Source of the DNA: Alphaproteobacteria bacterium
GTDB lineage: Bacteria > Pseudomonadota > Alphaproteobacteria > SP197
Assembly: GCA_964291265.2 (NCBI GenBank)
Contig: OZ219747.1
Coordinates: forward strand, 736,001 to 800,000
Direction of reading: 5' to 3'
DNA: 64,000 nt
Positions 63,279 through 64,000 of the stretch are shown here, piece after piece. A program made the translations under genes and the position numbers. How positions within the stretch are numbered: the stretch's first letter is position 1; each line of letters begins with the position of its first letter. Under the pieces are notes generated by a model. The model was not told where the DNA came from. It saw nothing but the letters and a program-made list of their open reading frames with translations, and did not search any database.

Positions 63279-64000
63279 GCGCGCCCGTCCTGCTGTCGCC
63301 ATCCCAAGCTGAACCAGAGGTGGCGGAGGTTTTCGCAACCGGAAGCACGTGTGTTCTCTCCGTCAGTGAGGAACGCGCCTTTGACGGTGGGGATCTTCCT
63401 CTCGGCACCGTCTCGCTTCTGGCTGCAGTGTCCGAGGTCTCGACCTTGCCCAGGCTGATACGACGGGGAGCGTTTGAATGGCGGTTACCAAGTCTTGACG
63501 AGGCTGCTGATCAGGTTTCCAGGCTTTTGCATAGCGAGACAGACGATATGCGTCGGATGCATAGAGTGCTCGACGAGGTCGCGTCGATTGCCACCCGCGT
63601 GGGCCTCATCCATCCACGATTCGACCCCGTTGCTATCGAGCAAATGCCCTTTCGCCGGTCGACCACTATTGTGACAGACACATCGGGCGTACTTCAGGGT
63701 GCCCTCGATTTCGCCGCCCGCTTCTTGCATCCTGCCGCCCGCGTGAAGGTTCCTGCGATTGCGCAAATGGAGATCGCCAATCTCGCTGATCGCTTCCTGC
63801 GAATTCGCAGGGCAGCCAAAAGGAAGCGGCTCAGGGAACTGACGGAACATCTGACCAGCCAGGGTGGACAACGCGCCCTGTTGAGGATTGAGCTTCACAC
63901 CGACACCGAAGTCGAGCGAACTTACCTGCTCGGGGATCCGCTCCGCTCAGCATTCGAGAAGGATTCGGACCGCGACCTGAGGGATCTGGACATCAACTCA
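63275..64000 (+). CDS. Hypothetical protein, possibly PIN-like (3' end outside window)
   Basis: Manually translated open frame to the window end: TIVTDTSGVL...VKVPAIAQMEI; absent from the ORF track because it has no stop. Confidence 0.65.
   Translation, partial: MSAPVLLSPSQAEPEVAEVFATGSTCVLSVSEERAFDGGDLPLGTVSLLAAVSEVSTLPRLIRRGAFEWRLPSLDEAADQVSRLLHSETDDMRRMHRVLDEVASIATRVGLIHPRFDPVAIEQMPFRRSTTIVTDTSGVLQGALDFAARFLHPAARVKVPAIAQMEIANLADRFLRIRRAAKRKRLRELTEHLTSQGGQRALLRIELHTDTEVERTYLLGDPLRSAFEKDSDRDLRDLDINS

Overview
High-GC alphaproteobacterial chromosome segment. The large FN3/RTX surface proteins and IS load suggest a host-associated lineage (inference). The right half holds a conserved core, purH-rho-hemJ-hemH-hemE and a divergent PPDK-regulator (DUF299) gene, with a probable oriC between hemE and DUF299. 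Amine, choline-sulfate and Rieske catabolic genes and two ABC transporters surround it. The left half is an accessory region. It has three intact-looking IS4-family elements whose transposases carry an N-terminal DUF4338/DruA-like domain. It also has a nested IS66 at 24043-31862 that separates an AbiEi/AbiEii toxin-antitoxin pair and itself contains an IS4, a second IS66 with a DNA adenine methyltransferase, and an ORF-less group II intron. A giant autotransporter and an RTX-like protein share a homologous poly-C(13) leader, and an NrtR/ARPP-1/ADP-ribosylglycohydrolase locus has visible operator boxes. The best candidate for a new system is a set of unrelated IS families that each carry a putative DNA-modifying domain. 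Coordinates were counted by hand and family calls come from motif recognition, not database searches.
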